From contig JAFZWM010000054.1 of the NCBI GenBank assembly GCA_017617315.1, positions 1 through 64,000 of the forward strand: a stretch of DNA of 64,000 nt, read 5' to 3'. Both the position numbers and the translations under genes were made by a program. Origin of the DNA: Bacteroidaceae bacterium (GTDB taxonomy: Bacteria; Bacteroidota; Bacteroidia; Bacteroidales; Bacteroidaceae). Of this stretch, positions 10,446 through 19,932 are shown piece after piece. The stretch's first letter is position 1; every line of letters starts with the position of its first letter. Under the pieces are notes generated by a model. It was given only the letters and a program-made list of their open reading frames with translations, made no database searches and was not told the origin of the DNA.

Positions 10446-10527
10446 TTTTGTCAAGACAAGAAAAACGGGCACCCCTTGTAGGAAGCCCGCTAAATCTTCT
10501 AAAAACAAAAGTCAATAGAGAAAACGA

Positions 10528-10701
<174 letters not shown>

Positions 10702-10872
10702 TTATTTTATTTATTAGTACATTAAAACGAACGGCTCAAAATAACGTCCGTTCGTTGTGCAAAGATAACCATTATTTTAAGTCCGGCAATACTTTCAACG
10801 AAGTTTTTTTGCTAAAAATTATTTTTTGTATATGTTTGCAATTCTTTAAAACTTATTGCGTTAATATAAATA

Positions 10873-11580
10873 ATGACACGTCTGATTTTAATATATTTTC
10901 TGCTGATTTTCGGCTTCTGTCCAACCATGCGCGCGCAGCAGCGGCGCGTACAGAACAGGCCGTACATTGACCAGCGACGGCTGCACTACGGATTCCTGAT
11001 AGGAGTGCAGGAGCAGGACCTTGAATTTACCAACAACGCCCACATTACCGACGACGGCGAATGTTGGTATGCCGAGGTTACCGAATACAATCCGGGATTC
11101 GAGGTCGGAGTGCTTGCCGAACTTTATCTGACCAGCCATCTGGCTCTGCGCATAATCCCGACGATGCACTTCGGCGAGAAAAACATCACCTTCATCGAAG
11201 AGACATCGCGGCAGAAGTACATGCAAGACTTGAAGTCGACCTACATAACCTGCCCTATCGACCTGAAATACAGCGCAGAGCGATTCAATAACTATCGCCC
11301 TTACGTCATGGCCGGAGTGGCTCCGATTTTCGACCTCACAAGCAAGAACAATCAGGCTTTGAAGACGAAGAAGGGCGACTGCATGATTGAGGTGGGCTTG
11401 GGCTGCGACTTCTATCTGCCCTACTTCAAGCTGATTCCCGAGCTGAAATTCTGCTTCGGACTGAGCAACGTGATAGACAAGGACAGAAAAGACCTGAACG
11501 ACAAAACTTTATTGAAATATACCGATGCGGTAGACAAGATAAGTTCAAAAATGGTGGTGCTGACGCTTTATTTTGAATAA
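10873..11580 (+). CDS. small outer-membrane beta-barrel protein (PorT/OmpA-like beta-barrel family)
   Basis: Signal peptide MTRLILIYFLLIFGFCPTMRAQQ. Alternating amphipathic strands. About 235 aa, the size typical of PorT-family barrels in Bacteroidota. TAtgTTTG -7 box at about 10830. Confidence 0.5.
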   Translation: MTRLILIYFLLIFGFCPTMRAQQRRVQNRPYIDQRRLHYGFLIGVQEQDLEFTNNAHITDDGECWYAEVTEYNPGFEVGVLAELYLTSHLALRIIPTMHFGEKNITFIEETSRQKYMQDLKSTYITCPIDLKYSAERFNNYRPYVMAGVAPIFDLTSKNNQALKTKKGDCMIEVGLGCDFYLPYFKLIPELKFCFGLSNVIDKDRKDLNDKTLLKYTDAVDKISSKMVVLTLYFE

Positions 11581-11702
11581 CAATTTGTGTAACTCAAAAA
11601 AAAAGCGTATTTTTGCAATCGCTTTCGCATCAGTCGCTGGCAGGGAAGAGTAACCTGTTATGCTGGTGTCGGCACAATTAACAATTAAAATTTCAAAAAC
11701 AA

Positions 11703-12056
11703 ATGGATTTAATTAAGATTGCAGAAGAAGCATTCGCAACTGGCAAGCAGCACCCTTCATTCAAGAGCGGTGACACAATCACAGTAGCTTACAAGATTAT
11801 CGAGGGTAACAAGGAGCGTATCCAGTTGTACCGCGGTGTTGTTATCAAGATCAGCGGACACGGTGACAAGAAGCGTTTCACTGTTCGCAAGATGTCAGGT
11901 ACTGTAGGTGTTGAGCGTATCTTCCCTATCGAGTCACCAAACATCGATAGCATCACTGTAAACAAGGTGGGTAAAGTTCGTCGCGCTAAGTTGTACTACT
12001 TGCGTAACCTTACTGGTAAGAAGGCCCGCATCCAGGAAAAGAGAGTTAACGCTTAA
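11703..12056 (+). CDS. rplS: 50S ribosomal protein L19
   Basis: 117 aa. Full-length match to L19 (…[33 protein letters not shown]…). TAttTTTG -7 box at about 11610 with an 80-nt leader. Confidence 0.95.
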   Translation: MDLIKIAEEAFATGKQHPSFKSGDTITVAYKIIEGNKERIQLYRGVVIKISGHGDKKRFTVRKMSGTVGVERIFPIESPNIDSITVNKVGKVRRAKLYYLRNLTGKKARIQEKRVNA

Positions 12057-12078
12057 TCTTTTCAGAGAAGAGATAAAA

Positions 12079-12108
12079 AGGAAGCATCTGGTAATGCTTC
12101 CTTTTTTT
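12079..12108 (+). terminator. rho-independent terminator of rplS
   Basis: aggaagcat-ctggta-atgcttcct followed by T7. Confidence 0.8.
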
Positions 12109-12183
12109 AACCTTTGCAATCCATTGCAGCTTTTCAGGCTCGCAAGACCCACACAAATCTATCCCAACTCGAATTTCTGATTT

Positions 12184-12768
12184 ATGATAGACAAGAACAA
12201 AACGCTATGGTTTCCGATGAGAGTGAGATATTCGTCAACTCCGCGACTGCTCACACTACGGGAAGAGCTAAACCGCATAGGCTGCGAATGTTACATCCCG
12301 ATGGAATACAGGCAGATTGGCGAGCATACCAAGTTCGTGCCGCGAATCAGTAACCTTATCTTCGTACACGCGCCATATACCTACATCTCGCAGTTAAAGC
12401 AGCAGTCCGAATTCATAAACCTTAGCTATATAATGCACAACGTTCCGTTCGAGAAGACTAAGACGAGCGAGGCTCTCTATGTTCCGGAGAAGATGATGAA
12501 CGACTTCATACGCGTAACAAACGAGCAGAACGAGCAGGTTGTATTCCTCGACAACATGGACTTTGCATGCAAGCCGGGAGCTCATGTAAAGATTACCGAA
12601 GGCGCATTTGCCGGAGTTGAGGGCGTGGTAAAGAGCATTAAGAAGCACCTCTGCGTGGTTCTGCCAATAAACGGCGTGGTTGCCGTAGCCATAACAAACG
12701 TTCCGAAAAAACACCTTATGTATATCAAGGACGAAAACGAGAACGAGGCAACACCAGAAACGACATGA
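12184..12768 (+). CDS. NusG-like UpxY-family transcription antiterminator (orphan)
   Basis: 194 aa. NGN-like N-terminus (LWFPMRVRYSS...GCECYIPMEY). C-terminal KOW motif (GAHVKITEGAFAGVEGVVKSIKKHLCVVL). No UpxZ or glycosyltransferase genes follow. Confidence 0.6.
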   Translation: MIDKNKTLWFPMRVRYSSTPRLLTLREELNRIGCECYIPMEYRQIGEHTKFVPRISNLIFVHAPYTYISQLKQQSEFINLSYIMHNVPFEKTKTSEALYVPEKMMNDFIRVTNEQNEQVVFLDNMDFACKPGAHVKITEGAFAGVEGVVKSIKKHLCVVLPINGVVAVAITNVPKKHLMYIKDENENEATPETT

Positions 12769-12852
12769 CAGAAATCTCTATATAGTAAAAAGCCGGTTAT
12801 TACAATCTTTGTAACAATCGGCTTTTTCAATTATATAGATAAAACTTTTAAA

Positions 12853-14301
12853 TTATAAAGTCTCTACAAGTTTGCGAACCAAATCGTAGAAGCGTGCAAC
12901 GCTCGGAATATGGCAACGCTCGTCAGGAGTGTGAGGGCTGCGCAATGTAGGGCCGAAGCTAACCATATCCATCTCAGGATACTTGCTGCCAATCAGGCCG
13001 CACTCCAATCCGCCGTGAGTAACGTTTACGATGGCATCCTTTCCGCTCAATTCCTTGTAAACCTTCTTTGCAGTCTCGAGCAAAGCAGAATCGAACTTTG
13101 GAGTCCAGCCGCTGTAATCGCCTTCTGTCTCGACCTTCATTCCAGCCATTGAGAAACAGCTCTCGATCATAATTGCAACATAACGCTTCATTGAGTCTAC
13201 GGCACTACGAGCAAACAGTTCAATGCGGACTTCAGAAGCAGTAAGATTGACGATTGCAAGGTTTGAAGAAGTCTCTGGAACTTCAGGCATCTCAGGAATG
13301 TATCTGTGAACGCCGTTGAAGCAAGCAAGGATTGAAGAAACGATGTTGTCGCGAATCTCCTCTGGAACAACCTCCTTCGGCATCTCAACAGCCTCGATTG
13401 TAAGTTTGATGTTAGACTCAACACCCTTGTATTCTTCGTTAAACTGAGCCTGATAATCGGCAACGAGCGATGTGATTGCCTCCTCGTTTCCGGCAGGAAC
13501 GGTTACTATAGCCTCGCACTCGCGTGGAATGGCGTTGTGCATGTTTCCGCCGTGCCACTCTGCAAGCTCGGCATCGCACTCGGCGATAGCATCGTAGATT
13601 ACGCGGGCCATCATCTTGTTGGCATTGCCTCGGCCTGTGCCGATTTCCATTCCTGAATGACCGCCGTAAAGTCCTGCTAGCGAAATCTTGAATGCCTTGT
13701 CGGTTGCATCAGCCTCTTCTGGCTTGTATTCCATAGATGCGAAGATGTTAAGACCGCCGGCACATCCTACGGTAAACTCGCCCTCGTCCTCAGAGTCCAT
13801 ATTAAGAAGGTATGAGCCTTTCAGAGCATCTTCCTTCAGACCGAACGCGCCCTCAAGACCAGTCTCCTCGTTTACGGTGAAGAGAGCCTCAAGCGGACCG
13901 TGAACAAGCGTATCGTCTTCCATGATAGCCATAGCAGCAGCCACACCCATGCCATCGTCAGCACCAAGGGTTGTATCGGTTGCACGAACCCACTCGCCAT
14001 CGATGAAAGGCTTCAGAGGATCGGTAAGGAAATCGTGCTCGCAGCCCTTGCGCTTCTGCGGAACCATGTCCATGTGCGCCTGCATTACGATGCCCTTGCG
14101 ATGCTCCTGTCCTGGAGTGGCAGGCTTGCGGAGGATGACATTGCCAGCCTCGTCGAGTATAGTTTCAACACCAATTTTCTTTCCGAAGTCGAGCAGATGC
14201 TGCTGCATCTTCTCTAGATGATAAGATGGATGCGGAACCTGTGTAAGATCGTAGAAATGCTTCCACAATCGCTTTGGTTCTAAATTCTCAAGTTCATTCA
14301 T
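12853..14301 (-). CDS. pepD: aminoacyl-histidine (Xaa-His) dipeptidase, M20 family
   Basis: 482 aa. N-terminus MNELENLEPKRLWKHFYDLTQVPHPS and metal-binding His/Asp/Glu motifs of PepD. Confidence 0.85.
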   Translation of the reverse strand: MNELENLEPKRLWKHFYDLTQVPHPSYHLEKMQQHLLDFGKKIGVETILDEAGNVILRKPATPGQEHRKGIVMQAHMDMVPQKRKGCEHDFLTDPLKPFIDGEWVRATDTTLGADDGMGVAAAMAIMEDDTLVHGPLEALFTVNEETGLEGAFGLKEDALKGSYLLNMDSEDEGEFTVGCAGGLNIFASMEYKPEEADATDKAFKISLAGLYGGHSGMEIGTGRGNANKMMARVIYDAIAECDAELAEWHGGNMHNAIPRECEAIVTVPAGNEEAITSLVADYQAQFNEEYKGVESNIKLTIEAVEMPKEVVPEEIRDNIVSSILACFNGVHRYIPEMPEVPETSSNLAIVNLTASEVRIELFARSAVDSMKRYVAIMIESCFSMAGMKVETEGDYSGWTPKFDSALLETAKKVYKELSGKDAIVNVTHGGLECGLIGSKYPEMDMVSFGPTLRSPHTPDERCHIPSVARFYDLVRKLVETL

Positions 14302-14306
14302 ACGTT

Positions 14307-15290
14307 TTATGATTTTTGTTTATTTGTTAAATTCAATGCAAGCATTCCGTAGATGCCGAGGGCAATGACGAGTAGCGTCTGTATTGTGTGTACGATGAGG
14401 GCGAACATTGCGCCCTTGGCTGCCTCAACGCCATAGAGCATGAGCATCGTCTTTACGGCAAAATGCCACGGTCCGGCTCCGTTTGGCGTAGGAACAACGA
14501 CGGCGATGCTGCCAACCACAAAGATTACAAGCGCAGCCATCATTCCAAGTCCTGAAGTATATTCGAAGCAGAAAAATGTAAAGTAGAAATGCAAGAAGTA
14601 CGATGCCCAGATGCCTAATGTCAGAAAAATGAACAGAGGCACGTTCTTCACCTTCTTTACCGACATCACACCTTCCATCAGTTTGCTGAAGATATCCTTC
14701 ACCTTAGACAGAAGCTGGAGTTTGTGAAGCAGCACGACGAACATTGCCACCAAGACAACGATACACACCGCCGTAACCCAGTATCCCGTTGCCGAAAAAC
14801 GGCCAAGAAAGCCCGTGAAACTTGTTCCGGTTCTCTGAAAAAACGAAAGGAACACCGGCAACTGTATCAAGAACGTAACGACCGTGATGCCAAGCACCAC
14901 AAGCGTGTCGATGATTCTCTCGGTAAGAACCGTGCCGATAGCCTTAGTGAACGACACACCGTCGTTGCGTTTCAGAATTCCGCAGCGGCTCACCTCGCCT
15001 ATTCGCGGAATTGCCAGACTTGCCGCATACGACACAAGAACCGAATTTATGCAGTTAGAAGTTGAAGGGTGCTCGCCCAGCGGCTCCAAGGTCTGTTTCC
15101 ATCGCCATCCTCTGAATACCTGAGCCGAGATTCCGAAGGGGAACGAAAGAATCATCCATGTCCAGTTCATCTCCGAAAAGCCTTCCTTTAATTCATCCCA
15201 GTTAAAGCCGCGGTACATCCAATATAGTATGACGCCCCCCAAAACAAAAGGGAACACCACTTTTATCGTCTTTGTTATCAATGTTATCAA
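14307..15290 (-). CDS. lysylphosphatidylglycerol-synthase-TM-like (UPF0104 / flippase-like) membrane protein
   Basis: 327 aa, 8 TM helices. Conserved N-terminal FVLGGVILYWMYRGF...RGWRWKQ motif of the family. Confidence 0.6.
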   Translation of the reverse strand: MITLITKTIKVVFPFVLGGVILYWMYRGFNWDELKEGFSEMNWTWMILSFPFGISAQVFRGWRWKQTLEPLGEHPSTSNCINSVLVSYAASLAIPRIGEVSRCGILKRNDGVSFTKAIGTVLTERIIDTLVVLGITVVTFLIQLPVFLSFFQRTGTSFTGFLGRFSATGYWVTAVCIVVLVAMFVVLLHKLQLLSKVKDIFSKLMEGVMSVKKVKNVPLFIFLTLGIWASYFLHFYFTFFCFEYTSGLGMMAALVIFVVGSIAVVVPTPNGAGPWHFAVKTMLMLYGVEAAKGAMFALIVHTIQTLLVIALGIYGMLALNLTNKQKS

Positions 15291-15362
15291 TTTTTGTTCT
15301 TATCTTTGCACTTGCAAAAAACATTTGCAAATATAAAAATTTAATTTCTATTCACTACAAGA

Positions 15363-16175
15363 ATGAAGCAAGTAAAACCAAAGAAATTTTTAGGACAGCA
15401 CTTTCTTAAAGACCTAAAGATAGCAAAGGATATAGCCGATACTGTTGATTCTTGCCCCGAAATTCCAATTCTCGAAGTCGGACCGGGAATGGGCGTGCTA
15501 ACCCAGTTCCTCATAGGCAAGGAGCGCGACACCAAGGTGGTTGAGCTCGACAGCGAGTCGGTTGCTTACTTGCAGGAGGCCTATCCTCAGCTTGCAGAGA
15601 ATATCATTGCGCAGGATTTCCTTCAGCTCGACCTCAGCAAGGTCTTCGGCGGAAGTCCGTTCGTGCTTACCGGCAACTATCCCTACAACATATCGAGCCA
15701 GATCTTCTTCAAGATGCTCGACAACAAGGAGATAATTCCGTGCTGTACCGGAATGATTCAGAAGGAAGTGGCAGAGCGAATTGCCGCCGCGCCGGGAAGC
15801 AAGACATACGGCATTCTTAGCGTGCTTATTCAGGCATGGTACGATGTTGAGTATCTCTTCACCGTTCACGAGAATGTGTTCAACCCGCCGCCAAAGGTCA
15901 AGAGCGCGGTAATAAGAATGACGCGCAACGACGTTTCGCAACTCGGCTGCAACGAGAAACTGTTCAAGGAGGTTGTGAAGACAACATTCAACCAGCGCAG
16001 AAAGATGATTCGCGGCAGCATAAAGCCGCTCTTCGGCAACCACAACAAGCCAGTAGACGCCGAAAGCGCATTCTGGAGCAGCGAGATGATGACCAAGCGT
16101 CCAGAGCAGCTGAGCATACCGCAGTTTGTAGAACTGACCAATCTTGTTCAGAAAGAACTGGACGGACAGGCATAA
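15363..16175 (+). CDS. rsmA: 16S rRNA (adenine1518/1519-N6)-dimethyltransferase
   Basis: KFLGQHFL start, SAM-binding VLEVGPGMGVLT, NYPYNISS motif. TAtcTTTG -7 box at about 15300. Confidence 0.9.
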   Translation: MKQVKPKKFLGQHFLKDLKIAKDIADTVDSCPEIPILEVGPGMGVLTQFLIGKERDTKVVELDSESVAYLQEAYPQLAENIIAQDFLQLDLSKVFGGSPFVLTGNYPYNISSQIFFKMLDNKEIIPCCTGMIQKEVAERIAAAPGSKTYGILSVLIQAWYDVEYLFTVHENVFNPPPKVKSAVIRMTRNDVSQLGCNEKLFKEVVKTTFNQRRKMIRGSIKPLFGNHNKPVDAESAFWSSEMMTKRPEQLSIPQFVELTNLVQKELDGQA

Positions 16176-16394
16176 AAGACGCGAAAATCCCGTCATCATA
16201 TTAAATTTTGACAAAAAAGGAAGAACAAATGTTTGCAAAGAATAATTATTTGCTTACCTTTGCACCACTTTAAAATTAATCACACCAATAATGGACGATT
16301 ATCTTACGGAAAATAACAACAATTATTAAGCCGGGGAAATGTCTCTCTCACGAACACTTCCTCTGCCCAAAGAACTTGTAATTAAGAGGAAGCA

Positions 16395-17321
16395 ATGAGA
16401 ACTTATTGGAACATTAACAAGAAGCTCAAAGCCATTGATGAGTGGCAGCCATACTGTTGGACACAGGTAACATGTCCAGTCAAGGAAGACGAGGATTTTC
16501 TTCAGGAAAAACTCGGTATTCCCGACTATTTTCTCTCAGATATTGCCGATGCCGATGAGCGCGCCCGTTATGAGATTGACGAGGGCTTCGTCTTCATCAT
16601 CCTTCGTATTCCGTACGTAAAGGATGTGCGTTCGCGTACGCCATACACAACAATTCCGCTGGGCATTATAATGAAGGACGACATCATGATTACCGTCTGC
16701 TACTACGAGACCGACATGATGATTGACTTCCTGACATACCAGCAGAAGCGCGGAGAGGGATTCACCGACTTCGTTGACATGATTTTCCGCATCTTCCTCT
16801 CGTCTGCCGTGTGGTATCTGAAGCGTCTGAAACAAATCAGCTTCCTAATCGAAAAAGCAAAGCGACAACTCGACAAGAGCGTCGACAACCAAGATATCAT
16901 CAGTCTGGCACGTCTTCAGGACAGCCTGACATACTTCATGACATCAATAAAAGGCAACGAAACGCTGCTTACGAAGCTTAAGTTCCGCCTTCCTATCGAC
17001 GAGCTCGACGCCGAGCTTATCGAGGACGTTAACATCGAGATGAACCAGGCTCAGGAAATGACCAGCATCTACAGTAACATCCTCGAGAGCACGATGGACA
17101 CTTACTCAAACATCATCAACAACAACCTGAGTAAGGTAATGCGTAAACTCACGTCATACTCAATCATCATTATGGTGCCAACCCTGATAGCCAGCTATCT
17201 GGGCATGAACCTGTACAACGGCATAGAACAGTCGGTTTACGGATTCTGGGGCGTGACGGCTTTGTCGCTCGTGCTCGGAGCAGCCTCTTATTTCTATTTT
17301 AAGCACCAAGACATGCTTTAA
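16395..17321 (+). CDS. corA: CorA-family magnesium/cobalt transporter
   Basis: 308 aa. Two C-terminal TM helices with the YLGMN(L) signature (GMN motif). Confidence 0.85.
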   Translation: MRTYWNINKKLKAIDEWQPYCWTQVTCPVKEDEDFLQEKLGIPDYFLSDIADADERARYEIDEGFVFIILRIPYVKDVRSRTPYTTIPLGIIMKDDIMITVCYYETDMMIDFLTYQQKRGEGFTDFVDMIFRIFLSSAVWYLKRLKQISFLIEKAKRQLDKSVDNQDIISLARLQDSLTYFMTSIKGNETLLTKLKFRLPIDELDAELIEDVNIEMNQAQEMTSIYSNILESTMDTYSNIINNNLSKVMRKLTSYSIIIMVPTLIASYLGMNLYNGIEQSVYGFWGVTALSLVLGAASYFYFKHQDML

Positions 17322-17436
17322 AATACGAATAAAATGGCAACGGCATCAACTTTTTGCACATTTTTAACACGTTTTACAAAATAATTTATTTTATTTGTAT
17401 TCTAATATCCACAACATTACTAATATTTGATGGAAA

Positions 17437-19119
17437 ATGACTAAAGAGGAAATCGTAGAGCGTATAAAGGTTCTGGCACAGGATGCCGAGAACGCACCCA
17501 AAGATGAACTGAACAGTCTTAAACAAAACTTCTACAAAATCCTGAACGCCGAAAAGGAGACGATAAACCAGCAGGCCGAGGAGATTGCCGACAAGTCTGC
17601 CGCCCTCGAGGTGCTCAGCCAGTCAGAACAGGAGTTCAAGACTCAGATGAAGATAATCAGAGACAAGAAAGCGGTAGTCTTTGCCAAGCAGGAAGAGGAA
17701 AAGAAGAACAACCTCGTACTGAAGAACGAGATTATCGCAAAGCTGAAGGCTCTGAACGAAAACGGCGAGGAATGCGGAAAGCACCTCGACGAGTTCAAGG
17801 CATTGCAGCAGCAATGGAACGAGACAGGACAGATTCCTGCCGAGGACGTTACCAACATCTGGAAACAGTATCAGCTCGAGAGAGACAAATTCTACGACAA
17901 CCTCAAGATAAACAACGAGATGAGAGAATACGACTTCAAGAAGAATCTTGAGGTCAAGACCCGCTTGTGCGAGCAGGCCGAAAAACTCACGACGGCAGAA
18001 GACGTGGTTTCGGCATTCCATCAGCTGCAAGACCTTCACCAGCAGTACCGCGAAACAGGCTCGGTAGCAAAGGAGGTGCGCGAGGAGTTGTGGAACAGAT
18101 TCAAGGAGGCATCTACAATAATCAACCGCCGCCACCAGAATCATTTTGACGAGATAAAGCAGAAGGAAAACGAGAACCTCGAGGCTAAGACAGCCATCTG
18201 CGAGGCCATCGAAAGCATGAACCTCGACGAACTGAAATCGTACAACGACTGGGAAGACAAGACAAAGGAAGTGCTCGAGCTTCAGGCTAAATGGAAGACA
18301 ATAGGTTTTGCTCCACAGAAGATGAACACAAAAATCTTTGAGCGATTCCGTCTGGCTTGCAACAACTTCTTCGATACAAAGGCTCAGAACTTCAAGTCGA
18401 TGAAGGAGACGGCTTCGGCAAACAAGAACAAGAAACTCGAACTATGCGAGAAAGCCGAGGCTCTGAAAGACAGCACCGACTGGAAGGAGACAAGCACCAT
18501 CTTGGCGCAGCTCCAGAAGGAATGGAAGGAAATAGGCCCAACAAACCGAAAGGATACCGAATACATCTGGAAGAGATTCATCGCAGCATGCGACCACTTC
18601 TACAAGCAGAAGAACGATGCCAATGCGGCGGCTCACTCTCAGGAGAATGAGAATCTCGAAAAGAAGCAGGGCGTAATAGCAAGCCTTAAGGAGATTCTCG
18701 AAAGCGGCAACGCCGACGGCAAGGTTCAGGATGCAGTCCAAAAGCTATCGGCCGAGTGGAACAGCATCGGACACGTTCCGTTTGCCGTAAAGGACGAGAC
18801 TTACAAGGCATACAAGGATGTTCTCGACGAGATTTACAAGAAGCTTAACATCAGCCGTGCAAAGCAGAGGCTCGACAACTTCAAGAACAATATAAAGAAC
18901 AGCAAGGACGGCGCACAGAACGAGCGTTACAGACTTGAGCGCAGCCTCCAGCAGAAGATAAACGAGATGAAGCAGTACGAGAATAACCTCGGCTTCCTCA
19001 CCCTATCGTCTAAGAAGGGCAGCTCGCTGATTTCGGGCATCAACCGCAAGGTAGACAACCTGAAGCAGGAGATTGAGCTGATAAAGCAGAAGATTTCGGT
19101 TCTGAAAGAGCAGGAATAA
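17437..19119 (+). CDS. DUF349 repeat protein
   Basis: 560 aa, highly charged. Repeated ...Q-W-K/N-E-IG... helical units (QQWNETGQI, AKWKTIGF, KEWKEIGP, AEWNSIGH) characteristic of DUF349. Confidence 0.75.
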   Translation: MTKEEIVERIKVLAQDAENAPKDELNSLKQNFYKILNAEKETINQQAEEIADKSAALEVLSQSEQEFKTQMKIIRDKKAVVFAKQEEEKKNNLVLKNEIIAKLKALNENGEECGKHLDEFKALQQQWNETGQIPAEDVTNIWKQYQLERDKFYDNLKINNEMREYDFKKNLEVKTRLCEQAEKLTTAEDVVSAFHQLQDLHQQYRETGSVAKEVREELWNRFKEASTIINRRHQNHFDEIKQKENENLEAKTAICEAIESMNLDELKSYNDWEDKTKEVLELQAKWKTIGFAPQKMNTKIFERFRLACNNFFDTKAQNFKSMKETASANKNKKLELCEKAEALKDSTDWKETSTILAQLQKEWKEIGPTNRKDTEYIWKRFIAACDHFYKQKNDANAAAHSQENENLEKKQGVIASLKEILESGNADGKVQDAVQKLSAEWNSIGHVPFAVKDETYKAYKDVLDEIYKKLNISRAKQRLDNFKNNIKNSKDGAQNERYRLERSLQQKINEMKQYENNLGFLTLSSKKGSSLISGINRKVDNLKQEIELIKQKISVLKEQE

Positions 19120-19130
19120 GATAACAAAAA

Positions 19131-19175
19131 AGGGAACGCGGATTGAAGATTCAATCTTTGTTCCCTTTTCTAATA
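19131..19175 (+). terminator. terminator after the DUF349 gene
   Basis: aagggaac...gttccctttt hairpin containing an internal gattgaa/ttcaatc palindrome, followed by a T-run. Confidence 0.5.
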
Positions 19176-19272
19176 TAGAAAAACAACCAACTTAAAACTC
19201 TGTTTCAGAAATCCGCCGACACATTAGGGTATTTAGGCGAAAAAAAAAGCCCCTCGATAGAGAAGCTTCTTG

Positions 19273-19343
19273 TTGGGATACCTGGACTCGAACCAGGAAT
19301 GACAGGACCAGAATCTGTAGTGTTACCATTACACCATATCCCA
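19273..19343 (-). tRNA. tRNA, probably Gln (anticodon CTG)
   Basis: Reverse complement TGGGATATGGTGTAATGGTAACACTACAGATTCTGGTCCTGTCATTCCTGGTTCGAGTCCAGGTATCCCAA. U1:A72 acceptor pair typical of bacterial tRNA-Gln. T-arm CCTGG-TTCGAGT-CCAGG. Anticodon loop TTCTGGT. 31:39 A-C mismatch and a 4-nt variable loop. -7 box tatctttg on the minus strand at 19382-19389. Confidence 0.65.
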
Positions 19344-19565
19344 ATTTTGGAGTATCAAACCCTTGTTTTTGTTTGACGGTGCAAAGATACACACTTTTTC
19401 TGAACTGGCAAACTTTTCAGAAAAATTTTGCAAAAAAAATGCATTTTTTCAAAAAAACTTCATTTCTCACCTATTATATACTGCATTTCTGTGCAACCTT
19501 TTTTTGATTATGTAATAATTTAGGTGTATCTTTGTACGCTATTAAGTTAATAGAACTTTATTTTA

Positions 19566-19922
19566 ATGAACAGAGACAAAAAATTCTTAGACACAATTGT
19601 AAAAGGAATACAAGAAAAAAAAGGGCAAGACATAGTCGTTGCCGACCTTACTGCGATTGACGACACTATATGCAATTACTTCATAGTATGTCAGGGTAAC
19701 TCGCCAAGTCAGGTAAAAGCCATTGCCGACTCGGTTGACATATTTGCAAAGCGCATAGGCGAAGACCTGATAGGCATTGACGGCTTCAACAATGCCGAAT
19801 GGATTGCAATGGACTTCGCCAACGTGATTGTTCACATCTTCCTTCCGGAGTTCAGAGAGTTCTACGACATCGAGAACCTTTGGGAGGACGCAAAATTAAC
19901 AGAAATTCCAAACCTAGATTAA
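19566..19922 (+). CDS. rsfS: ribosomal silencing factor RsfS (Iojap)
   Basis: 118 aa. ...DIVVADLTAIDDTICNYFIVCQGNSPSQVKAIADSV...WIAMDFANVIVHIFLPEFREFYDIENLW. TAtcTTTG at 19527-19534. Confidence 0.9.
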   Translation: MNRDKKFLDTIVKGIQEKKGQDIVVADLTAIDDTICNYFIVCQGNSPSQVKAIADSVDIFAKRIGEDLIGIDGFNNAEWIAMDFANVIVHIFLPEFREFYDIENLWEDAKLTEIPNLD

Positions 19923-19932
19923 ATTATCCTTT

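Noticed and set aside
15498-16238. 246-aa minus-strand ORF
   Set aside because: Antisense to rsmA, which has clear methyltransferase motifs.
16263-16394. 130-nt 5' leader of corA as a possible Mg2+ (M-box) riboswitch
   Set aside because: It is too short and lacks recognisable M-box conserved helices, so it is likely just a long Bacteroides leader.
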